The position numbers were made by a program, and so were the translations under genes. A stretch of DNA of 64,000 nucleotides from NCBI GenBank assembly GCA_019828565.1, contig JAHDYR010000005.1:1091342-1155341 (forward strand), read 5' to 3'. This stretch comes from Carpediemonas membranifera BICM (taxonomy: Eukaryota > Protista > Fornicata). Of this stretch, positions 33,801 to 48,100 are shown piece by piece; position 1 is the stretch's first letter, and each line of letters opens with the position of its first letter. The notes below the pieces were generated by a model. That model was not told the origin of the DNA. It made no database searches and saw only the letters and a program-made list of their open reading frames with translations.

Positions 33801-36022
33801 GAGGCCCCAAAGCTCTCGTGTGCTCTGAGCTATCATCAGCAATGCTATCAGTAGCGTTAGCATCCTCGGAGAGCCACGCCCACTCAACACTCAAAGCCTA
33901 CCATGCCCGAGCCAAGCGAGTCTCTGAGAGCATGGATGTCATGTCCCCTGAATTCTTTAGATACGTCCATTGGAAGCTTTTTGAAGGGGCAGGCCAGAGT
34001 GTCTGGTCTTCGCAGAGACCTGGAAGGCTTACTCAGAGGACCCGGCCTTCCTGCTACCACCACAGTAGGAGGCAGAGTGATCACCAACCGAGAAGAAGTA
34101 GCCAAGGCCTTCGAGGAGTGGTATGCGTCAGTATCATATGTGGCAGGAGCAGTAGAACCATCCATCTCTCGCCCCCGATATAGAGCTCGAAATCACGGAC
34201 ACTCTCCTGGAAGGGGCTCTCAAATCTGCCAAGAATAGATCAGCCCCAGGCAGTGATGGACTAACCCCGGCAATTTTCAAATATTGCCCAGTCCTCAAGG
34301 AGGCGCTCAAGACTCTGCTACAGAAGTGCATTGACCAACTCAAGACCCCAGCAGAGTGGCATACCGCCGTGGTAATTCCATTGAAAAAGCCCGGCTCTAC
34401 TAGCGATGCTCCTGTGGCGTTCAGACCTATCTCCCTACTTTCCACAGCCCACAAGGTGCTCGGCACAATGATGATCCGCACGATTGACCGAGACAACCCT
34501 CTTCCCCCTGAACAATACGGTGCAAGGCCGGGTGTTTCATCGGTTGATGCACTATGGGCTATTGAGCACGCGAGACGTGGGTTCAAAGCGACCCACATTG
34601 GGACTCTGGACGTGGCTAAGGCCTTTGACCGTGTCCCGAGGAGAGATGCATTGGACTCGTTGAGGGGGAACAGAAGGGCCATTGAGATGTTGAAGGAGAT
34701 GCATTTGCACACAAGGATCTCTATGCGAGGTAGCAGCACTAGCGCCGCTACCAACACAGGAGTACGGCAAGGATGCACCACTGCTCCCTTCATCTTCACA
34801 AGATACCTTGCGGAAGTCCCTCACATCATTGCAAGCTTAACCGCTCTAGGGAAGGGAAGCAATTGAGAAGCTTCCTCCCGACATAGAGACCCTGAGACGA
34901 GTGGCAGCAAGGCCGTGCGTTCCCTGGATTGTCACAGTCCTGTTCGTTGATGACATTACAATAGTAGCTCCCTCCCTTAAGTGGTTGGAGGCAGCACTTA
35001 CGGCGGCATGGACATGCATGCTAGCGCTATCCTTGGAGCCCAACGATAAGACCACCTATGTCTCAGAGGACGACACCCCCTCCCTCACCATCCATGGCAA
35101 TCCAGTCATTAAGAGAGACGCGGTCAAGCTCCTAGGGGTCCTCTTCGATACGTCCCGAGACTTCTCCACCCAGAATAGGACTATGGGCGAAAGGATAGAC
35201 AGAGAGCTACGACTACTGAGAGCTAGCGGCGTGATGCACTCCAAGTTCTGTCCTCGCATTGTAGAGGTCTACACCCTCCCCAAGCTGCTGTACGGGTGGA
35301 GCGTCTGGGCTAATCATAAGGCTGTCTCCCAGGTAGGCAAGCTTGCATCGGCAGCCCTAAGGATCAGCCCAACTGCATCGGAGGCGAAGTACCTGGAGCT
35401 AGGCTGGCTGCATCCAGAGGCAATGCTCCTGCTGGACAGATTCAAGCAAGGGGTGAGATGGGCGAGAATCCATCCGGGCAAGGATCTCCCAGACTGCATT
35501 GCTGAGGCACAAGGCAGCCTTGGCCTGTCCCACTCCGACAGCCTTGACCTAGCAGCCTGTCGAGCAGCCCAGCTCTCTCACGACATAATCTGCCGTGGTA
35601 ACAAAGTGGCTGTCAGGAGATACGTCACGGAGTCGGCACTCACCCGCCCTTTTACCCGCTCTAACTACCCGGCCAGGCAGCCATACCTCGACCATCTAAC
35701 GGCTGGGCTAGCGAAGCGCCTCGCGATGCTACGGCTATCGTGTCTACCAATGCCAACGAGAGGGGCTCTTCCTGACGCGTGGCAGCCGGTCAGGGGAATC
35801 CTACAGGACCTGAAGGATGAACCGGAAGCCGCCGCAGCTCTTGAGGCATGTCCTCTCTGTCAGGGTGAGGCCATCGCCGCGGCTGTGATTGAGATCCTGA
35901 CGTCCCCTACCAAGACCTTAGCAGTGCTGAGATCCAGGACGTGGGTTGTCCTGAACCAGACCCACTTGGCTAAGTGCGACCACTTCAAGATTAACCCCAT
36001 CCTCCTTTTCAAGGACCCCTGA
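30830..36022 (+). CDS. LINE ORF2: 17-aa repeats, DEDDh/Maelstrom-like nuclease, APE endonuclease, RT (several frameshifts)
   Basis: VVDFEG..YPVEAG..VHG..CPYH..HCALSD; SWNC, AIQE, SIYSP, MGDFN, IDGI; FRPISLL, LDVAKAFD, GVRQG, LFVDDI. Confidence 0.88.
30884..31216 (+). repeat. 51-bp coding tandem repeat x6.5 (APSSVARNNIAAE/GGLDS)
   Basis: Seen directly. Confidence 0.97.
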
Positions 36023-37881
36023 CCCTGAGCAGGCGTGACGACGCCAAGCTCACACATATGTTGAGTGTACTTTGTGACGCGTGACTGGTAGGTTCCCTCG
36101 CTTACATAGGAAAACGCCACCGTCCTCCCCGGTCTCAGGACCTCCTCGATCATCGTCCTGAGGGAGCCCCATCGGGCTCGGAGCACAGAGTCCCGCAGCG
36201 CCAAGAGCTGGAAGTTGTGAGCTGGCCGACCCGCGTGGGTCATCTTTTTACCCTTCTTCGAAGGGGTTTTAGGCCCTCCTCTCCCTGCAGCTTCAGAACA
36301 GTACTCTTGGGCGCCGCAGCTCTGGCTTCCAATGTTATGAGAACCGTTGCCCTCCTGCGGCTGATCACCGCTCGTCTGGCTCGGGTTGTGGCCAGTGCCT
36401 GGAGGTGGACACCCCGGCACTGTATCAAAAAATAAACTCAAAAACTCAAAAACTCAAACCTCCTCTCCCAACCTCTCCAAGCCGCACTTCTCACCTACTC
36501 CGAACTGGTCCTTCAGGGCACGATCGACGTCAACCAGCCGCTTACGGACGGACCAGGCGAGTGCCTTTGCCGCCACACGGCGAATAGAGTCGCCGATCGC
36601 GACCCCTCGGACCTTCCCTTCACCTTTCGGCACAGGGACGAGAATGCAATGACTGAACACATCAGTGTAAGCTTCTCCGTTCAGGATGTCCTGAACCAGC
36701 GGGAGCAGAGCCTGGACTAGTTCGCGCCTTGATGTCTTGTAGGCGATCTTCAGGTGAAGGAACGATAGCCCGGAGGGCCCCGGGGCCGCCTCAGACTTGA
36801 GTGTGTTGAGGATGGTCTTCAGAGTCTTAGAGGAAACTTCGACACACTGCAGGGGGTTCTCGGGGACGTCTCGCATGGGGACGTCGGGACAAAGCCCGTT
36901 GAACCCAACCTGGAGGTCCCGCAGTTGAGCGTCGATTTCAGTCGGTGTCAGGTCAGTCTCATTGGCTACCATGGACGTGGCGGCCTTCGAGACAAACCCG
37001 TGGCGAATCAGGTTCAGCGTCCGACGCCACTTGCTCGCGCTAGCGCGTCGTCCGCCTCGGTCCGATGGCGGTGCGTACAGCGTCTTGGGGTAGTCTACAA
37101 CCTTAAGAGCCTCAGCCCGCTTGGCGTCGTCACCTGTCGCGTTGTTCACCTCCCTCAATCGTTCAATAAGGCCTCGTGTGAACTTCTCGCGCCCGCGCTT
37201 GGGCGGAGCGATCTTTCCGAGGAACAAGGCCTGACCCGGGGAAGGAAGACATCGGGTCGATGAGCAGGGGTAGTGGGAGGTGCTGATGGCGGGGTTAGGG
37301 GAAACCAACCGCCGAAACGTGAGCTGCCGTGTCTGCCTGGACCTCTTCGTCAACAGGCTGCGATGACAGACCCTCGTCGTCCGTCGCGATCTCTACTGCA
37401 GAGGGAGGGACATTTGCAGCGGTCTCTGGACGCATAGCGTTGTCTCGTATCGTGCAGGCGATAATCGCAATGGACTTGGGGGCTGTGTTTGCAGAACGCA
37501 ACGAAGTTGCCGTTGGCAGCGCCTGTGTGGTGATGCTGTGGGCCTTAAGGAGGTCCTTGAAGCTGTCAGCAATCGCCTTCAGGGCTTTCACGGTAAAGCG
37601 TACGATGTGTTTGTTCTGGACGTCGCGCATGAGCTCGACAACCGCAGTTTCAGAGCACAATGTGTTGAACACCGTGTCCGTATCACACCACAGTCTGTCA
37701 ATTAGGCTTATGTCGACGAACTTCGCGTAGGTGCTATGAACTTCGGTAAGAAGAGCACGAACATCCTCGGCGAAGACGCTTTCGCGCCATACGAGTCTCG
37801 TACGTCGTCGAGTCACCATCTGGCCTCCAGGATCAGCCTGGGGCACAGAAAATGACGACATTTCCATTTCGGGAGGGAGCA

Positions 37882-40800
37882 AACTTTTATGTAATCAACG
37901 ACAAACTGTCTAGCGAGCGGCGAGGCGCAGCCGAGCTTCGCGAGCCTGAGCGCAGCGAAGCAGTTTGAGGCTATGGGGTGCGTCGGGGTCCTCCGTCGCT
38001 CCATCCAGTGAGTCGCTGGCGAGTCAACAAAACCAACAAGAACACTCTGAAGCGCTCTGCACGAGCCGATTGCTACACCAATATCAGAATTGAGTAACAA
38101 TTAGTGGGAGAGGCCCAAATCCTCTGCTGCAGCATGTGCTGCGTCGCATTGCTTGATGAACGCTGCATATGTGTGCACTTGCCCTCTCATGCATGCCAAG
38201 AAAGCGTTATCAGCCATCTCGCGGACCTGCTCAGCCTTAAGACCAAGTTCATCGCGCAAATCGTCCGTCCAGCCCCCTTCCGTGCACTCTTCCAACGTCA
38301 CCGTTGTGAAGCGTCACCGCGGGTATGAGCTTGACGTCCCAGTTGGAGTACTGGGCGCGCTTGCTCGTCATGGCCTGAGACACGTGGTTGCTGACGACGT
38401 TGTCAATGACGATTGCCTTCACGCCAGGTTTCGTGAGGAGGATGTCCGCCCGCGCCTTCATAGGCTTGGTCCGGTCAATGGTCCACTCACTGGCCTTGTT
38501 CAACCACACCTCGGACTGGACTCTCCAGCCATAACCCTTCAGGTCTCTCACCAGCCCGTCCTTGATAGCGTTGTGACGCTCGTCGTCCAGGCCTCCACGG
38601 AGGCATGGGCAGCACAGGGTGTGAGTAGCGTTGCACACAACGGACTGGTGGTTCACGGTGCGTGCCCTGCAGAGAGGGCAGACGTCAAATCCGGGCGTGA
38701 ATGCGGGGAGGCCCAGGTGATTGCGGAAGATGGGGGCAACAGCGGCATCGGTTACCGAGCGCCCAAGAGAGGTCGGGTCGACCATCATGAACGACCGAAC
38801 GACGTTGGGCGAGACGGCGGCACTCACAGAGAGCTTGGTGGCAATAGATTCCTCAACGAGGCGAACCAAGTTCTTCTGCGTGTGGTCGGCGTCAAGAGCC
38901 TTCACATCGTCCAAGCCACTAGGCCAGTTCGACGGCGTGTTGAGCTGGGGCGGGAGACACTTGATGGCACCCGTCACGCTGTCAGGTGAGCGTGTAACAC
39001 CCAGCCCTGCCAGTTGTCTCGTGGCCGCGAGGAACGCGGGAGCCCACACGACTGATGGCATTGCCAGCGCAAGCCCGCGTCTTTCGACCGGCATACTCAG
39101 GCGGAGAGCAAAGTCGTCATCGACCTCAGCCTCGCTCGACAGGATTCGGAGGATGGCCGGGACCGCCTCTTTCTTCTCAAATCCGAGCTCAGCCTCGTAG
39201 AGACCGTTGCCGACTCCACCCGTTGCGGGGGGAACGTTACGGAAGAAGTGCTCCCACTTTGTGAGCGCACAATACTTCGCAATGATCAACGCAGGGGCAG
39301 TTGCCTCCGGCCCCTCCTTGGCCACCATCTCTCCGGCAGCGTTAAGGAGTTGCATCACGCGACTGTTGACCTTGGCCAACTCACCCATCGCATGAGCAGC
39401 GGACCCAACCGGAACGCCCACGAGGTTTAGGCTGCGTCTTCTTGGGACGCCTCCCGAGGTGTTGCCGTCGGTAACGTCTCTGTGCGCCACAACGCACTTC
39501 GACTTGTTGAGCCGCAGGCCGACTTCGAGGAACTTCTCCCTCGCGATCTCGACAAGGTTGTTAGCCTCTCGGCCGACACCGGGCGTCTGCAAAGGCCGAT
39601 CAGTCGTGGCGACTAGATCGTCTTGGTACGCTTGGAGGTGCCAACCCGGGAACGCCTCGCGCAGAACGTCCAGAATGGGCTTGATGCCCAGGCTGAACAG
39701 AATAGGGGACAGGGGATCTCCTTGATGTATGCCCTCAGCTGACCTCATCACTCCTCCTGACGTGGAGAATAGGAGCCCTTGGCGATACATCGTAGACAGG
39801 TAGGGCATGAGAGCAGGCATGTAAGCGCGTACCACGTCGAACATGAACGCCCTAGATAGGCATCCATAAGCGTTCGATAAGTCGAGGGAGACAACAGTTC
39901 CTCCCTCCTCGTAGACCCTGGTCACGCTGTCACTCAGCCTCTCCAGGCCGCACTTCTCCCCCACCCCATACTGATCCTTGAGGGTCCGGTCGACGTCGAC
40001 CAGGCGGGCCCTCACAGCCCAGGCGAGAGCCTTCGCCGCAACCCGCCGAAGCGAGTCCCCGATGGCCACTCCTCGGATCTTCCCAGCCCCCTTGGGGACC
40101 GGGACAATGATGCAGTGGCTCAATACCGCGGTGTAGGTCTCGCCGTTCAGGATGTCCTGTACGATCGGCATCAATGCGGCGATGAGGTCATGTCTGGCCA
40201 CCTTCGCTACTATTCTGATATGGAGGAAGGACAAGCCCGACGGCCCTGGGGCCGCCTCGGCCTTTAGAGCGTGTAGTACAGTCTTGAGGGTCCTAGCGGA
40301 CACCTCAACTGACTGCAGTGGCTCTGCGGGGACGTCCTTAAACGGAACATCTGGGCGCAGGCCACTGTAATCCTCCTGCAGTCTCTTCAGCTCTACATCC
40401 ACCTCCTGTGGTGACAGGCCCGCATCCTCAGCTACCAGCGCAGTGGCTGCCTTGGACACGAACCCGTGGCGAACCAGTCGCATCACCTTACGCCACTTGG
40501 ACGGGCGGCGCTTGGGGCCTTTCGATGCAACCGGCGGTGCGTACAGCGCCTTCGGGTACTCGAGTACCGTCCTCAGGGCCGCGCGCTTCTCGTCCTCGCT
40601 CTCCACGAGGGCCACCCGCTTGAGCTTCTCGATCAGGCCTCTGGCGAATTTCTCGCGTCCCCTCTTGGGGGGAGCGATCTTGCCAAGGAAGAGAGCCTGT
40701 CCCGGTGGTAGGAACACGTCGGGTCGATGGGCTGGGTGAGCGGGAGGGGCAGTCGGGGGGCTTGCGGTGAAGCCCACCGCGGTGACGTGCGCTGCTGCGC

Positions 40801-41316
40801 TCGGCTGCGATGACAGCTGGCTACCAGGGGCGTGGACCTCTTCGACAGATGGAAGGAGACTGGCAGGGTCGTTGTTGCCCATCACGTTTCTCCTGATCTC
40901 TCGGAAGAATTCGGCCGCCACCGACGGAGCTGTTTTGGCAGAACGCAGCGGTGTTGCTTTGGGAGTACTGCTAAGAGTAACACCCGCCGCGTCTAAGAGC
41001 CGCTTGAAGGAATCTACGATGTCCTTCAGTGCTCTCACCGTCAAACGCACAATCTTCTTGTTGTTCACGTCCTTCATCAGCTCGACGATGGCCGCTTCGG
41101 AGCACAGCGTGTCAAACACTGTCTCTACATTGCACCAACGTGCGTCAATGAACTCAGCATTGACGAATTTCGCGTAGTCGGTACGAACAGTCTGCAGCAG
41201 AAGCTGTACGTCCCGAGCAAGCGCGTTTTCGCGCCAATCGGACGTTATGGAAACTCTCATCGCCATCTGGCCTCCAGGATCAGCCTGGGGCACAGAAAAT
41301 GACGACATTTCCATTT
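37882..41316 (-). mobile_element. CRE-like family A copy 3 (full length, 3435 bp)
   Basis: Bounded by 12-mers at 37870 and 41317. Confidence 0.95.
38101..41314 (-). CDS. Family A protein (~1070 aa): RT, CCHC zinc motif, restriction-like endonuclease; one homopolymer frameshift near 38275
   Basis: AAPGPSG, RGVAIGD, QYGVG, LDLSNAYG, GIHQGDPLSPILF, AYQDD, LSMPVERRGLAL, CPLC..HTLCC, RHN, RADILL..D. Confidence 0.92.
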
Positions 41317-41328
41317 CGGGAGGGAGCA

Positions 41329-44300
41329 AACTTTTATGTAATCAACGACAAACTGTCTAGCGAGCGGCGAGGCGCAGCCGAGCTTCGCGAGCCTGAGCGC
41401 AGCGAAGCAGTTTGAGGCTATGGGGTGCGTCGGGGTCCTCCGTCGCTCCATCCAGTGAGTCGCTGGCGAGTCAACAAAACCAACAAGAACACTCTGAAGC
41501 GCTCTGCACGAGCCGATTGCTACACCAATATCAGAATTGAGTAACAATTAGTGGGAGAGGCCCAAATCCTCTGCTGCAGCATGTGCTGCGTCGCATTGCT
41601 TGATGAACGCTGCATATGTGTGCACTTGCCCTCTCATGCATGCCAAGAAAGCGTTATCAGCCATCTCGCGGACCTGCTCAGCCTTAAGACCAAGTTCATC
41701 GCGCAAATCGTCCGTCCAGCCCCCTTCCGTGCACTCTTCCAACGTCACCGTTGTGAAGCGTCACCGCGGGTATGAGCTTGACGTCCCAGTTGGAGTACTG
41801 GGCGCGCTTGCTCGTCATGGCCTGAGACACGTGGTTGCTGACGACGTTGTCAATGACGATTGCCTTCTCGCCAGGTTTCGTGAGGAGGATGTCCGCCCGC
41901 GCCTTCATAGGCTTGGTCCGGTCAATGGTCCACTCACTGGCCTTGTTCAACCACACCTCGGACTGGACTCTCCAGCCATAACCCTTCAGGTCTCTCACCA
42001 GCCCGTCCTTGATAGCGTTGTGACGCTCGTCGTCCAGGCCTCCACGGAGGCATGGGCAGCACAGGGTGTGAGTAGCGTTGCACACAACGGACTGGTGGTT
42101 CACGGTGCGTGCCCTGCAGAGAGGGCAGACGTCAAATCCGGGCGTGAATGCGGGGAGGCCCAGGTGATTGCGGAAGATGGGGGCAACAGCGGCATCGGTT
42201 ACCGAGCGCCCAAGAGAGGTCGGGTCGACCATCATGAACGACCGAACGACGTTGGGCGAGACGGCGGCACTCACAGAGAGCTTGGTGGCAATAGATTCCT
42301 CAACGAGGCGAACCAAGTTCTTCTGCGTGTGGTCGGCGTCAAGAGCCTTCACATCGTCCAAGCCACTAGGCCAGTTCGACGGCGTGTTGAGCTGGGGCGG
42401 GAGACACTTGATGGCACCCGTCACGCTGTCAGGTGAGCGTGTAACACCCAGCCCTGCCAGTTGTCTCGTGGCCGCGAGGAACGCGGGAGCCCACACGACT
42501 GATGGCATTGCCAGCGCAAGCCCGCGTCTTTCGACCGGCATACTCAGGCGGAGAGCAAAGTCGTCATCGACCTCAGCCTCGCTCGACAGGATTCGGAGGA
42601 TGGCCGGGACCGCCTCTTTCTTCTCAAATCCGAGCTCAGCCTCGTAGAGACCGTTGCCGACTCCACCCGTTGCGGGGGGAACGTTACGGAAGAAGTGCTC
42701 CCACTTTGTGAGCGCACAATACTTCGCAATGATCAACGCAGGGGCAGTTGCCTCCGGCCCCTCCTTGGCCACCATCTCTCCGGCAGCGTTAAGGAGTTGC
42801 ATCACGCGACTGTTGACCTTGGCCAACTCACCCATCGCATGAGCAGCGGACCCAACCGGAACGCCCACGAGGTTTAGGCTGCGTCTTCTTGGGACGCCTC
42901 CCGAGGTGTTGCCGTCGGTAACGTCTCTGTGCGCCACAACGCACTTCGACTTGTTGAGCCGCAGGCCGACTTCGAGGAACTTCTCCCTCGCGATCTCGAC
43001 AAGGTTGTTAGCCTCTCGGCCGACACCGGGCGTCTGCAAAGGCCGATCAGTCGTGGCGACTAGATCGTCTTGGTACGCTTGGAGGTGCCAACCCGGGAAC
43101 GCCTCGCGCAGAACGTCCAGAATGGGCTTGATGCCCAGGCTGAACAGAATAGGGGACAGGGGATCTCCTTGATGTATGCCCTCAGCTGACCTTATCACTC
43201 CTCCCTGACGTGGAGAATAGGAGCCCTTGGCGATACATCGTAGACAGGTAGGGCATGAGAGCAGGCATGTAAGCGCGTACCACGTCGAACATGAACGCCC
43301 TAGATAGGCATCCATAAGCGTTCGATAAGTCGAGGGAGACAACAGTCCCTCCCTCCTCGTAGACCCTGGTCACGCTGTCACTCAGCCTCTCCAGGCCGCA
43401 CTTCTCCCCCACCCCATACTGATCCTTGAGGGTCCGGTCGACGTCGACCAGGCGGGCCCTCACAGCCCAGGCGAGAGCCTTCGCCGCAACCCGCCGAAGC
43501 GAGTCCCCGATGGCCACTCCTCGGATCTTCCCGGCCCCCTTGGGGACCGGGACAATGATGCAGTGGCTCAATACCGCGGTGTAGGTCTCGCCGTTCAGGA
43601 TGTCCTGTACGATCGGCATCAATGCGGCGATGAGGTCATGTCTGGCCACCTTCGCTGCTATTCTGATATGGAGGAAGGACAAGCCCGACGGCCCTGGGGG
43701 CCGCCTCGGCCTTTAGAGCGTGTAGTACAGTCTTGAGGGTCCTAGCGGACACCTCAACTGACTGCAGTGGCTCTGCGGGGACGTCCTTAAACGGAACATC
43801 TGGGCGCAGGCCACTGTAATCCTCCTGCAGTCTCTTCAGCTCTACATCCACCTCCTGTGGTGACAGGCCCGCATCCTCAGCTACCAGCGCAGTGGCTGCC
43901 TTGGACACGAACCCGTGGCGAACCAGTCGCATCACCTTACGCCACTTGGACGGGCGGCGCTTGGGGCCTTTCGATGCAACCGGCGGTGCGTACAGCGCCT
44001 TCGGGTACTCGAGTACCGTCCTCAGGGCCGCGCGCTTCTCGTCCTCGCTCTCCACGAGGGCCACCCGCTTGAGCTTCTCGATCAGGCCTCTGGCGAATTT
44101 CTCGCGTCCCCTCTTGGGGGGAGCGATCTTGCCAAGGAAGAGAGCCTGTCCCGGTGGTAGGAACACGTCGGGTCGATGGGCTGGGTGAGCGGGAGGGGCA
44201 GTCGGGGGCTTGCGGTGAAGCCCACCGCGGTGACGTGCGCTGCTGCGCTCGGCTGCGATGACAGCTGGCTACCAGGGGCGTGGACCTCTTCGACAGATGG

Positions 44301-44764
44301 AAGGAGACTGGCAGGGTCGTTGTTGCCCATCACGTTTCTCCTGATCTCTCGGAAGAATTCGGCCGCCACCGACGGAGCTGTTTTGGCAGAACGCAGCGGT
44401 GTTGCTTTGGGAGTACTGCTAAGAGTAACACCCGCCGCGTCTAAGAGCCGCTTGAAGGAATCTACGATGTCCTTCAGTGCTCTCACCGTCAAACGCACAA
44501 TCTTCTTGTTGTTCACGTCCTTCATCAGCTCGACGATGGCCGCTTCGGAGCACAGCGTGTCAAACACTGTCTCTACATTGCACCAACGTGCGTCAATGAA
44601 CTCAGCATTGACGAATTTCGCGTAGTCGGTACGAACAGTCTGCAGCAGAAGCTGTACGTCCCGAGCAAGCGCGTTTTCGCGCCAATCGGACGTTATGGAA
44701 ACTCTCATCGCCATCTGGCCTCCAGGATCAGCCTGGGGCACAGAAAATGACGACATTTCCATTT
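41329..44764 (-). mobile_element. CRE-like family A copy 4 (full length, frameshifted)
   Basis: Near-identical to copy 3; 12-mers at 41317 and 44765. Confidence 0.95.
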
Positions 44765-44776
44765 CGGGAGGGAGCA

Positions 44777-45166
44777 TCGTTTATTGCCTTTTGGACGAAC
44801 TGTATTGCGAGCGGCGAGGCGCAGCCGAGCTTCGCGAGCCTGAGCGCAGCGAAGACGTCACTCTAGTGGTCAGTATGTCGGGTTTGAGGCACTGCTCGCT
44901 CCGAAATCTCCCTTTCGACTCTCCACTCAGTCACAACGAACGCGAACGCGAATAACGCGCAGATCACGCTCAAAGTACAGAAACAACATCAGTATTAGTG
45001 GTTGAGGCCATTAGCCTCAGCTTGACGGTGCGCAGCATCCGCCTGGCGCATGAACGCATGGAACACATGAACTTGCTTTCGCGCCATACGAGTCTCGTAC
45101 GTCGTCGAGTCACCACCTGGCCTCCAGGATCAGCCTGGGGCACAGAAAATGACGACATTTCCATTT
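44777..45166 (-). mobile_element. Non-autonomous mini-B element copy 2
   Basis: Same deletion junction as 23850-24239. Confidence 0.9.
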
Positions 45167-45178
45167 CGGGAGGGAGCA

Positions 45179-48100
45179 AACTTTTTATGTAATCAACGAC
45201 AAACTGTCTAGCGAGCGGCGAGGCGCAGCCGAGCTTCGCGAGCCTGAGCGCAGCGAAGCAGTTTGAGGCTATGGGGTGCGTCGGGGTCCTCCGTCGCTCC
45301 ATCCAGTGAGTCGCTGGCGAGTCAACAAAACCAACAAGAACACTCTGAAGCGCTCTGCACGAGCCGATTGCTACACCAATATCAGAATTGAGTAACAATT
45401 AGTGGGAGAGGCCCAAATCCTCTGCTGCAGCATGTGCTGCGTCGCATTGCTTGATGAACGCTGCATATGTGTGCACTTGCCCTCTCATGCACGCCAAGAA
45501 AGCGTCATCAGCCATCTCGCGGACCTGCTCAGCCTTAAGACCAAGTTCATCGCGCAAATCGTCCGTCCAGCCCCTTCCGTGCACTCTTCCAACGTCACCG
45601 TTGTGAAGCGTCACCGCGGGTATGAGCTTGACGTCCCAGTTGGAGTACTGGGCGCGCTTGCTCGTCATGGCCTGAGACACGTGGTTGCTGACGACGTTGT
45701 CAATGACGATTGCCTTCACGCCAGGTTTCGTGAGGAGGATGTCCGCCCGCGCCTTCATAGGCTTGGTCCGGTCAATGGTCCACTCACTGGCCTTGTTCAA
45801 CCACACCTCGGACTGGACTCTCCAGCCATAACCCTTCAGGTCTCTCACCAGCCCGTCCTTGATAGCGTTGTGACGCTCGTCGTCCAGGCCTCCACGGAGG
45901 CATGGGCAGCACAGGGTGTGAGTAGCGTTGCACACAACGGACTGGTGGTTCACGGTGCGTGCCCTGCAGAGAGGGCAGACGTCAAATCCGGGCGTGAATG
46001 CGGGGAGGCCCAGGTGATTGCGGAAGATGGGGGCAACAGCGGCATCGGTTACCGAGCGCCCAAGAGAGGTCGGGTCGACCATCATGAACGACCGAACGAC
46101 GTTGGGCGAGACGGCGGCACTCACAGAGAGCTTGGTGGCAATAGATTCCTCAACGAGGCGAACCAAGTTCTTCTGCGTGTGGTCGGCGTCAAGAGCCTTC
46201 ACATCGTCCAAGCCACTAGGCCAGTTCGACGGCGTGTTGAGCTGGGGCGGGAGACACTTGATGGCACCCGTCACGCTGTCAGGTGAGCGTGTAACACCCA
46301 GCCCTGCCAGTTGTCTCGTGGCCGCGAGGAACGCGGGAGCCCACACGACTGATGGCATTGCCAGCGCAAGCCCGCGTCTTTCGACCGGCATACTCAGGCG
46401 GAGAGCAAAGTCGTCATCGACCTCAGCCTCGCTCGACAGGATTCGGAGGATGGCCGGGACCGCCTCTTTCTTCTCAAATCCGAGCTCAGCCTCGTAGAGA
46501 CCGTTGCCGACTCCACCCGTTGCGGGGGGAACGTTACGGAAGAAGTGCTCCCACTTTGTGAGCGCACAATACTTCGCAATGATCAACGCAGGGGCAGTTG
46601 CCTCCGGCCCCTCCTTGGCCACCATCTCTCCGGCAGCGTTAAGGAGTTGCATCACGCGACTGTTGACCTTGGCCAACTCACCCATCGCATGAGCAGCGGA
46701 CCCAACCGGAACGCCCACGAGGTTTAGGCTGCGTCTTCTTGGGACGCCTCCCGAGGTGTTGCCGTCGGTAACGTCTCTGTGCGCCACAACGCACTTCGAC
46801 TTGTTGAGCCGCAGGCCGACTTCGAAGAACTTCTCCCTCGCGATCTCGACAAGGTTGTTAGCCTCTCGGCCGACACCGGGCGTCTGCAAAGGCCGATCAG
46901 TCGTGGCGACTAGATCGTCTTGGTACGCTTGGAGGTGCCAACCCGGGAACGCCTCGCGCAGAACGTCCAGAATGGGCTTGATGCCCAGGCTGAACAGAAT
47001 AGGGGACAGGGGATCTCCTTGATGTATGCCCTCAGCTGACCTTATCACTCCTCCTGACGTGGAGAATAGGAGCCCTTGGCGATACATCGTAGACAGGTAG
47101 GGCATGAGAGCAGGCATGTAAGCGCGTACCACGTCGAACATGAACGCCCTAGATAGGCATCCATAAGCGTTCGATAAGTCGAGGGAGACAACAGTCCCTC
47201 CCTCCTCGTAGACCCTGGTCACGCTGTCACTCAGCCTCTCCAGGCCGCACTTCTCCCCCACCCCATACTGATCCTTGAGGGTCCGGTCGACGTCGACCAG
47301 GCGGGCCCTCACAGCCCAGGCGAGAGCCTTCGCCGCAACCCGCCGAAGCGAGTCCCCGATGGCCACTCCTCGGATCTTCCCGGCCCCCTTGGGGACCGGG
47401 ACAATGATGCAGTGGCTCAATACCGCGGTGTAGGTCTCGCCGTTCAGGATGTCCTGTACGATCGGCATCAATGCGGCGATGAGGTCATGTCTGGCCACCT
47501 TCGCTGCTATTCTGATATGGAGGAAGGACAAGCCCGACGGCCCTGGGGCCGCCTCGGCCTTTAGAGCGTGTAGTACAGTCTTGAGGGTCCTAGCGGACAC
47601 CTCAACTGACTGCAGTGGCTCTGCGGGGACGTCCTTAAACGGAACATCTGGGCGCAGGCCACTGTAATCCTCCTGCAGTCTCTTCAGCTCTACATCCACC
47701 TCCTGTGGTGACAGGCCCGCATCCTCAGCTACCAGCGCAGTGGCTGCCTTGGACACGAACCCGTGGCGAACCAGTCGCATCACCTTACGCCACTTGGACG
47801 GGCGGCGCTTGGGGCCTTTCGATGCAACCGGCGGTGCGTACAGCGCCTTCGGGTACTCGAGTACCGTCCTCAGGGCCGCGCGCTTCTCGTCCTCGCTCTC
47901 CACGAGGGCCACCCGCTTGAGCTTCTCGATCAGGCCTCTGGCGAATTTCTCGCGTCCCCTCTTGGGGGAGCGATCTTGCCAAGGAAGAGAGCCTGTCCCG
48001 GTGGTAGGAACACGTCGGGTCGATGGGCTGGGTGAGCGGGAGGGGCAGTCGGGGGGCTTGCGGTGAAGCCCACCGCGGTGACGTGCGCTGCTGCGCTCGG

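Larger units (their letters stand above)
29318..36457 (+). mobile_element. Full-length APE-type non-LTR retrotransposon (LINE), 7.14 kb
   Basis: 13-bp TSD ACCTCCTCTCCCA (29305-29317, 36458-36470); 3' tail AATAAA(CTCAAAAA)2CTCAA; APE and RT domains. Confidence 0.95.
27283..37869 (-). mobile_element. CRE-like family B copy 1, interrupted by an APE LINE
   Basis: 27283-29317 plus 36458-37869 match 48626-52069; GIHQGDPLSP, AYQDD, CPLC..HSLTC, RHD, RADLLL..D. Confidence 0.93.

Noticed and set aside
41315-41329. ORF starts MLPPE... given for A/B proteins
   Set aside because: They start at TTG/GTG/ATG codons in the neighbouring element and TSD; the first element-internal ATG is MEMSS.
24523-46286. 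Long plus-strand ORFs (278-294 aa) antisense to family A, and other short overlapping ORFs
   Set aside because: Shadow ORFs of GC-rich coding sequence with no recognisable motifs; repeated only because the element is repeated.
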